A stretch of 37,471 nucleotides of DNA from Alphaproteobacteria bacterium (GTDB lineage: Bacteria; Pseudomonadota; Alphaproteobacteria; UBA11222): positions 1 through 37,471 of the forward strand of contig JBEBFX010000002.1 in the NCBI GenBank assembly GCA_040081735.1, in the 5' to 3' direction. Below the pieces are notes generated by a model. The model made no database searches and was not told the DNA's origin. It was given only the letters and a program-made list of their open reading frames with translations. Shown in pieces: positions 8,087-15,812 of this stretch. How positions within the stretch are numbered: position 1 is the stretch's first letter; every line of letters starts with the position of its first letter. A program made the translations under genes and the position numbers.

Positions 8087-9043
8087 ATGCGCATCGGGGT
8101 TGTATTTCCGACTTACACCATTGGCAATGATCCGGGCGGCGTCCGCGATTATATTGAGACGGCGGAGGCGCTGGGTTTCAAACATATCCTGACTTTTGAC
8201 CATGTGCTGGGCGCGGGGCTGGGCACGCGGCCGGACTGGGCAGGGCCATATGATTACACCAATGCGTTTCACGAGCCGATGGTGCTGTTTGGCTTTATGG
8301 CGGCGCTGACCCGGACCATCGAACTGGTGACGGGCGTACTGATTCTGCCGCAGCGCCAAACAGCGCTGGTCGCCAAGCAGGCAGCCGAGGTGGATGTGCT
8401 CAGTAACGGGCGCTTGCGGCTGGGCCTCGGGGTCGGCTGGAACCCTGTCGAATATGAGGGCCTGGGACAGGATTTTCATAAACGCGGCCGCCGGGTGGAA
8501 GAACAGATCGCTCTGCTGCGCGCCCTGTGGGCCGATGATCTGGTTACCTTCAGGGGCGAGTTTGACACCGTCATTGATGCGGGCATCAACCCGCTGCCGG
8601 TCAACCGGCATATCCCTTTGTGGATCGGCGGCAATGCGGCGGCGGCGCTGAAGCGCATGGCGCGTATCGCCGACGGCTGGTTTCCGATCATGACGCCGGG
8701 CGACGAGAGCGCGGCGATTATCACACGGGTGCGGCAATATCTGCTGGACGCTGACCGGGGCATCAGCGATTTTGGGCCACAATTCGGCATGGATCCAATG
8801 CTGCAAAGCGGCAATAATGGTCCCCAGGAATGGGGCGCGGAAGTTGAATGGTGGAAACGCCACGGAGCCACGCATCTTTCCTTCAATACCATGAGCCTGG
8901 ATGCCATTCAGCGCGCCGCGCGGATGGGTCTGGGGATTATGGTTGATACGCTTGCCAACACCAAAAATATTAACCGGCAGGGGCCCAAAGAACATATCGC
9001 CGCGATTACACAATTCGCTGACGTGGTGAAAGGGCAGCTCTGA
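8087..9043 (+). CDS. LLM-class (luciferase-like) oxidoreductase, probably F420-dependent (Rv2161c-type), paralogue 1
   Basis: 318 aa. ATG has GGGAGG upstream. Typical LLM blocks are present: FHEPMVLFGF, VLILPQRQTALVAKQAAEVDVLSNGRLRLGLGVGWN, FHKRGRRVEEQI. It carries a roughly 24-aa C-terminal insertion relative to paralogue 2. Confidence 0.88.
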   Translation: MRIGVVFPTYTIGNDPGGVRDYIETAEALGFKHILTFDHVLGAGLGTRPDWAGPYDYTNAFHEPMVLFGFMAALTRTIELVTGVLILPQRQTALVAKQAAEVDVLSNGRLRLGLGVGWNPVEYEGLGQDFHKRGRRVEEQIALLRALWADDLVTFRGEFDTVIDAGINPLPVNRHIPLWIGGNAAAALKRMARIADGWFPIMTPGDESAAIITRVRQYLLDADRGISDFGPQFGMDPMLQSGNNGPQEWGAEVEWWKRHGATHLSFNTMSLDAIQRAARMGLGIMVDTLANTKNINRQGPKEHIAAITQFADVVKGQL

Positions 9044-9125
9044 TCCGGGCGTCGCCCTTGCGGCATGCCCCGCGCCAGTGGTAAAATAAGTTAATAACAA
9101 CATCAGCAGCAGCAGGGAGGCGGCA

Positions 9126-10010
9126 ATGCGCGTAGGGGTAATTTTTCCAACCATTTCCATCGGCAACGATCCGGGCGGCATCCGGGATTATATCCAGACG
9201 TCAGAGGCGCTGGGTTTCAAGCATATTCTGGTCTTTGACCATGTGATGGGCGCGGGCACGGCCACTCGCCCGAACTGGCGCGGACCCTACAACCATACCA
9301 ACGGCTTTCACGAGCCGATGGTGCTGTTCGGTTTTATCGCGGCGCTGACAAAGAAAATAGAAATGGCCACCGGGGTGCTGATCCTGCCGCAGCGCCAAAC
9401 CGCGCTGGTCGCCAAACAGGCGGCGGAGGTTGACGTGCTGAGCAAGGGCCGCCTGCGGCTGGGCGTCGGCATCGGCTGGAACGATGTCGAATATGAATGC
9501 CTGGGCGAGGATTTTCACAAGCGCGGCCGCCGCGTCGAGGAACAGGCGGCGCTGATGCGCGCGCTGTGGGCCAAGGAACTGGTCACCTTCGAGGGCGAAT
9601 TTGACACCATCATCGATGCGGGCATCAATCCGCGCCCCGGCCGCAAGACGATCCCGCTGTGGTTTGGCGGTAATGAGGACGCCGCGCTGCGGCGCATGGC
9701 GCGGATTGGCGATGGCTGGTTCCCGCTGTTTGGCATGGGCGACAAGGGCGCGGAACGCATTGAGCGCATGAAGGGATATCTGCGCGAAACCAATCGCGGC
9801 ATCACCGGCTATGGCCCCTATTTCGGCATGGACCCGATGCTCCAGGGCGGCGACCGCAGTCCGCAGGAATGGGCCAAAGAAGCCGAATGGTGGAAAGGCC
9901 ACGGCGCCACCCATATTTCCCTCAACACCATGACCAGCGGGCGGCACGGGGCCAAGGCGCATATCGAGGCCATCAAGCAGTTCGCCGATGTGATGGCGGA
10001 CGCGCTTTAG
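9126..10010 (+). CDS. LLM-class oxidoreductase, probably F420-dependent, paralogue 2
   Basis: 294 aa. ATG has GGGAGG upstream. Colinear with and highly similar to paralogue 1 at both protein and DNA level. Confidence 0.88.
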   Translation: MRVGVIFPTISIGNDPGGIRDYIQTSEALGFKHILVFDHVMGAGTATRPNWRGPYNHTNGFHEPMVLFGFIAALTKKIEMATGVLILPQRQTALVAKQAAEVDVLSKGRLRLGVGIGWNDVEYECLGEDFHKRGRRVEEQAALMRALWAKELVTFEGEFDTIIDAGINPRPGRKTIPLWFGGNEDAALRRMARIGDGWFPLFGMGDKGAERIERMKGYLRETNRGITGYGPYFGMDPMLQGGDRSPQEWAKEAEWWKGHGATHISLNTMTSGRHGAKAHIEAIKQFADVMADAL

Positions 10011-10025
10011 GGGCTGCGCCGCGAT

Positions 10026-10052
10026 CAGGCTGACAGTTGGTCTGTCAGCCTG
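10026..10052 (+). promoter_or_regulatory. perfect 11-bp stem / 5-nt loop hairpin between LLM paralogues 2 and 3
   Basis: CAGGCTGACAG-TTGGT-CTGTCAGCCTG, 16 nt after the TAG of paralogue 2. The downstream text AAATTATCTGGTTTTC has only a weak T run, so this is not a textbook terminator. Confidence 0.5.
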
Positions 10053-10095
10053 AAATTATCTGGTTTTCAAAGCATTCAAGCAAGGAGATGCGATC

Positions 10096-11040
10096 ATGCG
10101 TGTTGGCTTACTTTTTCCCACCCTGGACATGGGCTCGGATTTTGGTGGAATCCGCGATTACATCGAGACGGTCGAGGCGCTTGGCTATAACCACCTTCTG
10201 GTCCCCGATCATGTGATGGGCGCAGGTCTTGGCACACGGCCGGACTGGAAAGGGCCGTACAATTACACCAATCCGTTTCACGAGCCGTTTACGATGTTCG
10301 GCTATATTGCCGGGGTCACCAAGCGCCTTGAGATGGCCTCGGGGGTGCTGATCCTGCCGCAGCGGCAAACCGTGCTGGTTGCCAAACAGGCGGCGCAAAT
10401 CGATGTGATGAGCAACGGGCGATTGCGGCTGGGCGTCGGCATCGGCTGGAACACGGTTGAATATGACTGCCTTGGCAAAAACTTTCATGACCGGGGCAAG
10501 CGGCTGGAAGAACAGATCACCCTGCTGCGCGAATTGTGGGCCAGCGATCTGGTCACCTTTAACGGCGTTTACGAACAGGTTGTGGACGCGGGCATTAATC
10601 CGCGGCCGGCCAAAAATCACATTCCGGTTTGGATTGGCGCCGAAGCGCGGCCGGCCCTGCAACGGGCGGCGCGGATGGCGGACGGCTGGTTTCCGATGTT
10701 TCAACCAGGTGAAAAGGGTGCGGTAAAAATCGGGAAGATGAAGGAATATCTGCGTGACGCCAAACGCGGCTTCTCCGATCATGGCCCGCAATTCGGGATG
10801 GAGCCGTTCGTGCATGCCGGCCGCGGCTTTTCCGCGAACATCGCCCCGCCGGAAAAAGACCCGCAATTCTGCTCCAACACCAACGGTCCCCAGGAATGGG
10901 CGAAAGAGGCCCATTGGTGGCAGGACCACGGGGCGACCCATATTTCGCTTAACACCATGAATTCAGACCTGCACGGGCCAAAGGCACAGATCGAGGCGGT
11001 CACCAAATTCGCCAACGCGATGGCGCTGGAAAAGGTCTAG
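10096..11040 (+). CDS. LLM-class oxidoreductase, probably F420-dependent, paralogue 3
   Basis: 314 aa. ATG has AAGGAG upstream. It shares the same conserved blocks but is more diverged, with an insertion (VHAGRGFSANIAPPEKDPQFCSNTNG) before the conserved PQEW motif. Confidence 0.88.
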   Translation: MRVGLLFPTLDMGSDFGGIRDYIETVEALGYNHLLVPDHVMGAGLGTRPDWKGPYNYTNPFHEPFTMFGYIAGVTKRLEMASGVLILPQRQTVLVAKQAAQIDVMSNGRLRLGVGIGWNTVEYDCLGKNFHDRGKRLEEQITLLRELWASDLVTFNGVYEQVVDAGINPRPAKNHIPVWIGAEARPALQRAARMADGWFPMFQPGEKGAVKIGKMKEYLRDAKRGFSDHGPQFGMEPFVHAGRGFSANIAPPEKDPQFCSNTNGPQEWAKEAHWWQDHGATHISLNTMNSDLHGPKAQIEAVTKFANAMALEKV

Positions 11041-11200
11041 CAGGTTGCTGAAAAACCCTTCTTTTTGTCATCCTGAGCGACCCGCTGCGCCAGCGCTTGC
11101 GCGGCGAGAGCGAAGGATCTCAGAGGTGCTGGAAACGCTGGAGATCCTTCAGTCGCTACGCTCCATCAGGATGACAATTCCGGGTTTTTCAGCAGCCTGC
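11041..11200. repeat. MITE-like palindromic intergenic element, copy 1 (carries a nested 28-nt insertion); flanked by TAG at 11038-11040 and 11201-11203
   Basis: Near-identical to 36444..36576. Nested inverted arms: CTGCTGAAAAACCC/GGGTTTTTCAGCAG, GTCATCCTGA/TCAGGATGAC, GAAGGATCTC/GAGATCCTTC. Confidence 0.85.
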
Positions 11201-11282
11201 TAGAGTCTGTTTTATTAACATAGACTGGTCGTATTGCCCCCCCATGCCTTCAAGGGTGCGGGAACCTTGCCGCGAATTCCTC

Positions 11283-11303
11283 CTCCCCCGGAAAGGGGGA
11301 GGT
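11283..11303. repeat. GC hairpin CCTCCCCC-GGAAA-GGGGGAGG followed by a free copy of the 28-nt module (11308-11335)
   Basis: Perfect 8-bp stem read directly from the sequence. The adjacent CCCGCTGCGCCAGCGCCTGCGCGGCGAG matches 11081-11108 with one mismatch. Confidence 0.7.
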
Positions 11304-11415
11304 TGGCCCGCTGCGCCAGCGCCTGCGCGGCGAGGAGCGGGTCTGATTCAAGCCCGGTTACACCGTTCAAGCAAGGCGCTTTCTCGAATCGCGGCAATGG
11401 CGCAAATTCCCGGCT

Positions 11416-13227
11416 ATGGGAAATTTTCTTGTTTCGCTTCTGATTATTGCCCTTGCCGCGCTGGGCATCGGATCTGCATACGCCGCGCCGCGTCATGGTG
11501 TCGCCATGCATGGGGAGGTTCAGCAAGGCCCGGACTTCACGCATTTCAGCTATGTCAATCCAGCGGCGCCGAAAGGCGGCGCGCTGATTCTGGGTGAACA
11601 AGGCGGGTTTGACAATCTCAATCCATTCACCGTGCGCGGCGTTACGCCGCTGGGCGTGCGGGAATGGGTGTTCGAAAGCCTGCTAAAGCGCAGCAATGAC
11701 GAGGCGTTTGCGCTGTATGGCTGGGTGGCCAGGGCTGTCGAGATGGCAGCCGACCGCACCTGGGTCAGTTTCACCCTTGATCCGCGCGCGCGTTTTTCAG
11801 ATGGCGCGCCGGTTCGCGTGGAGGATGTTATTTTCTCGGCGGAAATCCTGCGCGCAAAGGGACGCCCCAATCACCGCAGCTATTATGCAAAAATCACGCG
11901 CATCAGCCAGCCGGCGCCGGGCCAGGTCCGTTTTGAGTTTGATCGTGAAAATATTGATCGCGAAATGCCGCTGATCATCGGCCTGATGCCGATCCTCTCA
12001 AAGGCCTGGTATGGAGATCAGGATATCAGCGCCCCCGGCCTGCGCCTGCCTCTGGGTTCGGGTCCCTATCGTGTCGGCGATGTCTCACCGGGCCGCTCTA
12101 TCGTCTATGTGCGTAACCCGGATTACTGGGCGGCGGATTTGCCGGTCAATCGCGGGCAGAATAATTTTGATACGATCCGGGTTGATTTTTACCGTGATGA
12201 AAATACCGCATTCGAGGCGTTCAAGGCCGGGCAGTTTGATCTGTGGGAAGAAAAAGACCCGGCCCGATGGTCGCGCGCCTATGATTTCAAAGCGCTGCGG
12301 GAAGGTGCTGTCCGGCGCGCGGCCCTTCCTCAAGGCCGGCCATCCGGATTGCGGGGCTTCGTGTTCAATACGCGCCGGGCGCCCTTTGACGATATCCGCG
12401 TGCGTCAGGCGTTAAATTTAGTGTTCGATTTTGAATGGGTCAATCGCAGTTATTTTCATGGCGTGTACCGCCGCACCCGCAGCCTGTTTGACAACAGCAA
12501 TCTTGCCGCCTCCGGGCATGCAGCCAGTCCGCAGGAAGAAGCAATGCTGGCCCCGTTTGCAGGGGTTGTTCCGGTGGAAATAATGCAGAAGGGCTATGCG
12601 CCGCCTGTCAGTGATGGGTCGGGACACAACCGCGATGGGGCCAGACGGGCGCTCGCTTTATTGCGTGACGCGGGGTGGGCTGTGAAGGATGGACAGATGA
12701 TCAAGGCTCAAGGCGGCTTGGCTTTGCAATTCGAAATTCTGCTGGCCCGGCCGGAAGAGGAAAAGCTGGCGCTGGCTTTCGCCAGGGCGGCGCAACGTGT
12801 AGGGATAATTATCCATGTGCGCACGGCCGACGCCAGCCAGTATGAAGAAAGGCTGCGCAATTTTGATTTCGATATGATCCTGTATGACTGGTACGCCTCG
12901 CTGTCGCCGGGTAACGAGCAGAAATATTACTGGGGGTCGCAGGCGGCGGACACGCCCGGCGCCCGCAACTATCCCGGTATCAAAAGCCCCGCCATGGACG
13001 CCATGATCGCCCATCTGCTGGCCGCAAACAGCGAGGCGGAATTTATTCCCGCAGTGCGCGCCATGGACCGGGTGCTGATGTCCGGAACCTATGTCATTCC
13101 GCTGTATTATCAGCCAACGGATAATATCGCGTACCGGGCGCATCTGGGCATGCCCGGTCGCGCGCCGCTCTACGGATTTGATATTACCGGCTGGTGGGGT
13201 GGCCGGCGGCCACCCCCCAGGCCCTGA
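11416..13227 (+). CDS. ABC transporter substrate-binding protein, family 5 (YejA / oligopeptide-type), orphan
   Basis: 603 aa. Signal peptide MGNFLVSLLIIALAALGIGSAYA|AP. Size and sequence text fit family-5 periplasmic binding proteins. No permease or ATPase genes are adjacent. Confidence 0.8.
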   Translation: MGNFLVSLLIIALAALGIGSAYAAPRHGVAMHGEVQQGPDFTHFSYVNPAAPKGGALILGEQGGFDNLNPFTVRGVTPLGVREWVFESLLKRSNDEAFALYGWVARAVEMAADRTWVSFTLDPRARFSDGAPVRVEDVIFSAEILRAKGRPNHRSYYAKITRISQPAPGQVRFEFDRENIDREMPLIIGLMPILSKAWYGDQDISAPGLRLPLGSGPYRVGDVSPGRSIVYVRNPDYWAADLPVNRGQNNFDTIRVDFYRDENTAFEAFKAGQFDLWEEKDPARWSRAYDFKALREGAVRRAALPQGRPSGLRGFVFNTRRAPFDDIRVRQALNLVFDFEWVNRSYFHGVYRRTRSLFDNSNLAASGHAASPQEEAMLAPFAGVVPVEIMQKGYAPPVSDGSGHNRDGARRALALLRDAGWAVKDGQMIKAQGGLALQFEILLARPEEEKLALAFARAAQRVGIIIHVRTADASQYEERLRNFDFDMILYDWYASLSPGNEQKYYWGSQAADTPGARNYPGIKSPAMDAMIAHLLAANSEAEFIPAVRAMDRVLMSGTYVIPLYYQPTDNIAYRAHLGMPGRAPLYGFDITGWWGGRRPPPRP

Positions 13228-13396
13228 AATGCCGCTAAAATAGCGTCTGGGCTGCTTTTTGCCGCAAAATTAAGCAGCAATGGCGCATCAGCCGGGATAG
13301 GCCCCAGCGTCTGAGCTGCTATAAATACTTGTTCCCTCCATGGCACGAAGGTTGCTATTCATAATCGACGGTGTTTTTTATGGATCAGTAACCCCC

Positions 13397-14848
13397 ATGC
13401 AACCCGAAGCTAAGCCGGCTTTCTTCGATGAAATGGGCGCGCCTGCGGCGTGCAGGCCGCAATACCGCCTGATCAGCGACTGGCTTTCGGCAATTCCCAC
13501 GGAAACACTTGAGATCAAACGCCGCGAGGCGGAATTTATATTCCGCCGCACCGGCATCACCTTCGCGGTTTATTCAGAAGGCGGCGATACGGAACGCATC
13601 ATTCCGTTTGACATTATCCCGCGCGTGCTGGACCAGGCGGAATGGGATTATCTGTCGCGCGGCATTATCCAGCGGGTCCGCGCCCTGAACGCCTTTATCG
13701 GCGATGTGTATAACGCGCAGGAATTTATTCGCGCCGGCAAAATTCCCGCTGAACTGGTATTGCACAATCCCTGTTTCATCTCGGAGATGATGCTGCTGCC
13801 GGTGGCGCAAAACATCTACACACACATCTCCGGCATTGATATCGTGCGCGTCGGGCCTGGGGAATTTTATGTGCTGGAGGATAATTGCCGCACGCCGTCC
13901 GGGGTTTCCTACATGCTGGAAAACCGCGAAGTCATGCGGCGGCTGTTTCCGGACCTGGTCAATCGCGCCCGTATCAAACCGATTTCGCATTATCCGGAAG
14001 ATCTGCTTGAAACCCTGCGCTCGGTGGCGCCAGGCAATTGCGCGGGCGACCCGGTGGTGGCGCTGCTCACGCCCGGCAGCTTCAACAGCGCCTATTATGA
14101 ACATTCGTTTCTGGCCGATGAAATGGGCATAGAATTGGTCGAAGGGCTTGATCTGGTGGTGCAGGACATGCAGGTATTCATGCGCACCACCACGGGCTTG
14201 CAGCGTGTCGATGTGCTGTACCGCCGTCTGGATGACGCCTTTCTTGATCCGCTGGTGTTTCGTCCGGATTCCCTGCTTGGCGTGCCCGGGCTGATGGCGG
14301 CCTATCGCGCCGGTAATGTGACTATCGCCAACGCCGCAGGAAGCGGCATCGCCGATGACAAGGCGATTTACACTTTTGTGCCGGAGATGATCCGCTTTTT
14401 TCTGGGGGAAGAACCTATCCTGCGCAATGTGCCCACCTGGCGCTGCGATATCCCATCCGAGAGGGCCTATGTGCTGGAGCATCTGCACGAACTTGTGGTC
14501 AAGGACGTGCATGGATCAGGCGGTTACGGCATGCTGGTGGGGCCGCATGCGAGCAGTGCCGAACGCGCCGTGTTTGCGGAGAAAATCCGGGCGGCGCCGC
14601 ACCGGTATATTGCCCAGCCAACGCTCAGTCTTTCAACCTGTCCGACTTTTGTCAAAAACGGCGTGGCGCCGCGTCATGTGGATTTGCGCCCGTTCGTGCT
14701 GATGGGCCGCGAAATCAGGCTTGTGCCCGGCGGACTTACCCGTGTAGCCCTGCGCGAAGGATCGCTGGTGGTGAACTCCAGCCAGGGGGGCGGCACCAAG
14801 GACACCTGGATTATCGAAGAAGACACTGACGCGGAGGCGAAAGCGTAA
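13397..14848 (+). CDS. circularly permuted ATP-grasp type 2 protein (DUF404/DUF407 class)
   Basis: The ORF is open from 13340. ATG 13397 (MQPEAKPAFFDEM...) is preferred because homologues start close to the FDEM motif. Neither start has a strong SD. Typical blocks are present: GITFAVY, ERIIPFDIIPRV, ALNAFIGDVY. Confidence 0.85.
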   Translation: MQPEAKPAFFDEMGAPAACRPQYRLISDWLSAIPTETLEIKRREAEFIFRRTGITFAVYSEGGDTERIIPFDIIPRVLDQAEWDYLSRGIIQRVRALNAFIGDVYNAQEFIRAGKIPAELVLHNPCFISEMMLLPVAQNIYTHISGIDIVRVGPGEFYVLEDNCRTPSGVSYMLENREVMRRLFPDLVNRARIKPISHYPEDLLETLRSVAPGNCAGDPVVALLTPGSFNSAYYEHSFLADEMGIELVEGLDLVVQDMQVFMRTTTGLQRVDVLYRRLDDAFLDPLVFRPDSLLGVPGLMAAYRAGNVTIANAAGSGIADDKAIYTFVPEMIRFFLGEEPILRNVPTWRCDIPSERAYVLEHLHELVVKDVHGSGGYGMLVGPHASSAERAVFAEKIRAAPHRYIAQPTLSLSTCPTFVKNGVAPRHVDLRPFVLMGREIRLVPGGLTRVALREGSLVVNSSQGGGTKDTWIIEEDTDAEAKA

Positions 14849-14851
14849 GCG

Positions 14852-15793
14852 ATGCTAAGCCGCACGGCGGAAAATCTGTACTGGCTGGCGCGGTATGTGG
14901 AGCGCGCGGAAAATATCGCGCGGCTGCTGGATGTTACCCTGCGCATGGCAAGCCTGCCGCAGCAAAAGGCCGGCGGCGACAGCGAATGGCGCTCGACCGT
15001 TATCGCTTCGGGGTGCGAGGAAAGTTTTTTTGCCGGCAACGAGCACCCGACTGCGGAAGCGGTCATTTATTATCTGGCGCGCGATCCGGACAATCCGTCG
15101 TCGATTGTTTCGTGTCTGGAAACCGCGCGTAACAATGCGCGCATGGTGCGCACGGGTCTCAGCATCAGCATGTGGGAGGCGATTAACGCCACCTGGATCG
15201 AACTTAATACGCTGGGTGAGGATGATTTCAAGCCGGAGCGTATAGGGCGGTTCCTGGACTGGGTGAAAGAACGTTCCCTGCTGTTCGGGGGCACGGTGGC
15301 AAGCACCATGCTGCGCAGCGACGCCTTCTGGTTCAGCCGCCTGGGCATGTCGATTGAACGCGCCGATAACACGGCGCGCATCATCGATGTCAAATACAAC
15401 GTACTGCTGCCGGCCTATGAAACGGTTGGCGGTTCAATGGATTATTATCAGTGGGCGTCCATGCTGCAATCCGTATCGGCGCTGCGCGCCTATCACTGGG
15501 TCTATCGCGACCGGGTCAAGCCGTGGCTGGTGGCGGAACTGCTGATTTTAAAACCTGAAATGCCGCGTTCTCTGGCCTATTGCATCAGCGATGTGAACCG
15601 GCAGCTGGAAAGTCTGGCCAACGCCTATGGGGACAGCGGCGAATGCCACCGGCTGGCAGGCCAGATGTATGCAAAGCTGCGCTACGGCAAGATCGACAAA
15701 ATTCTGGCTCAGGGCCTGCATGAATTTCTTACGCAATTTGTCGATGACACCAAGGATCTGGGTGAAGAAATCACCCGGCAATATCTGATCTGA
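14852..15793 (+). CDS. alpha-E domain protein (DUF403)
   Basis: 313 aa. The hallmark N-terminus MLSRTAENLYWLARYVERAENIARLLDV is present. 3-nt gap after the ATP-grasp gene. Confidence 0.88.
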   Translation: MLSRTAENLYWLARYVERAENIARLLDVTLRMASLPQQKAGGDSEWRSTVIASGCEESFFAGNEHPTAEAVIYYLARDPDNPSSIVSCLETARNNARMVRTGLSISMWEAINATWIELNTLGEDDFKPERIGRFLDWVKERSLLFGGTVASTMLRSDAFWFSRLGMSIERADNTARIIDVKYNVLLPAYETVGGSMDYYQWASMLQSVSALRAYHWVYRDRVKPWLVAELLILKPEMPRSLAYCISDVNRQLESLANAYGDSGECHRLAGQMYAKLRYGKIDKILAQGLHEFLTQFVDDTKDLGEEITRQYLI

Positions 15794-15812
15794 TAAATCG
15801 GGATGCACCGCC

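Noticed and set aside
9095-9125. (CAG)4 run immediately upstream of the SD of LLM paralogue 2
   Set aside because: It is short and non-coding, and a related CAGCAGGGAGG sequence precedes paralogue 1. It most likely reflects the duplicated ribosome-binding region rather than a functional microsatellite.
7961-9181. 406-aa minus-strand ORF, and similar long antisense ORFs: 9201..9962, 10108..10941, 13574..14512, 16209..17117, 17848..18819, 26092..27264, 27399..28235, 30669..31778, 32004..32741, 35175..36182, 3240..4016, 7231..7869
   Set aside because: Each lies fully opposite a gene with clear family motifs. Their translations are Arg/Ala/Gly/Pro-rich, low-complexity text with no recognisable domains, which is the usual stop-free antisense frame of GC-rich DNA.
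11215-11601. ORFs spanning the LLM-to-SBP spacer (11215..11601 minus, 11234..11443 and 11244..11597 plus)
   Set aside because: They are built from the palindromic repeat modules and the GC hairpin, and they overlap the signal-peptide region of the SBP gene. They are repeat-derived reading frames, not genes.
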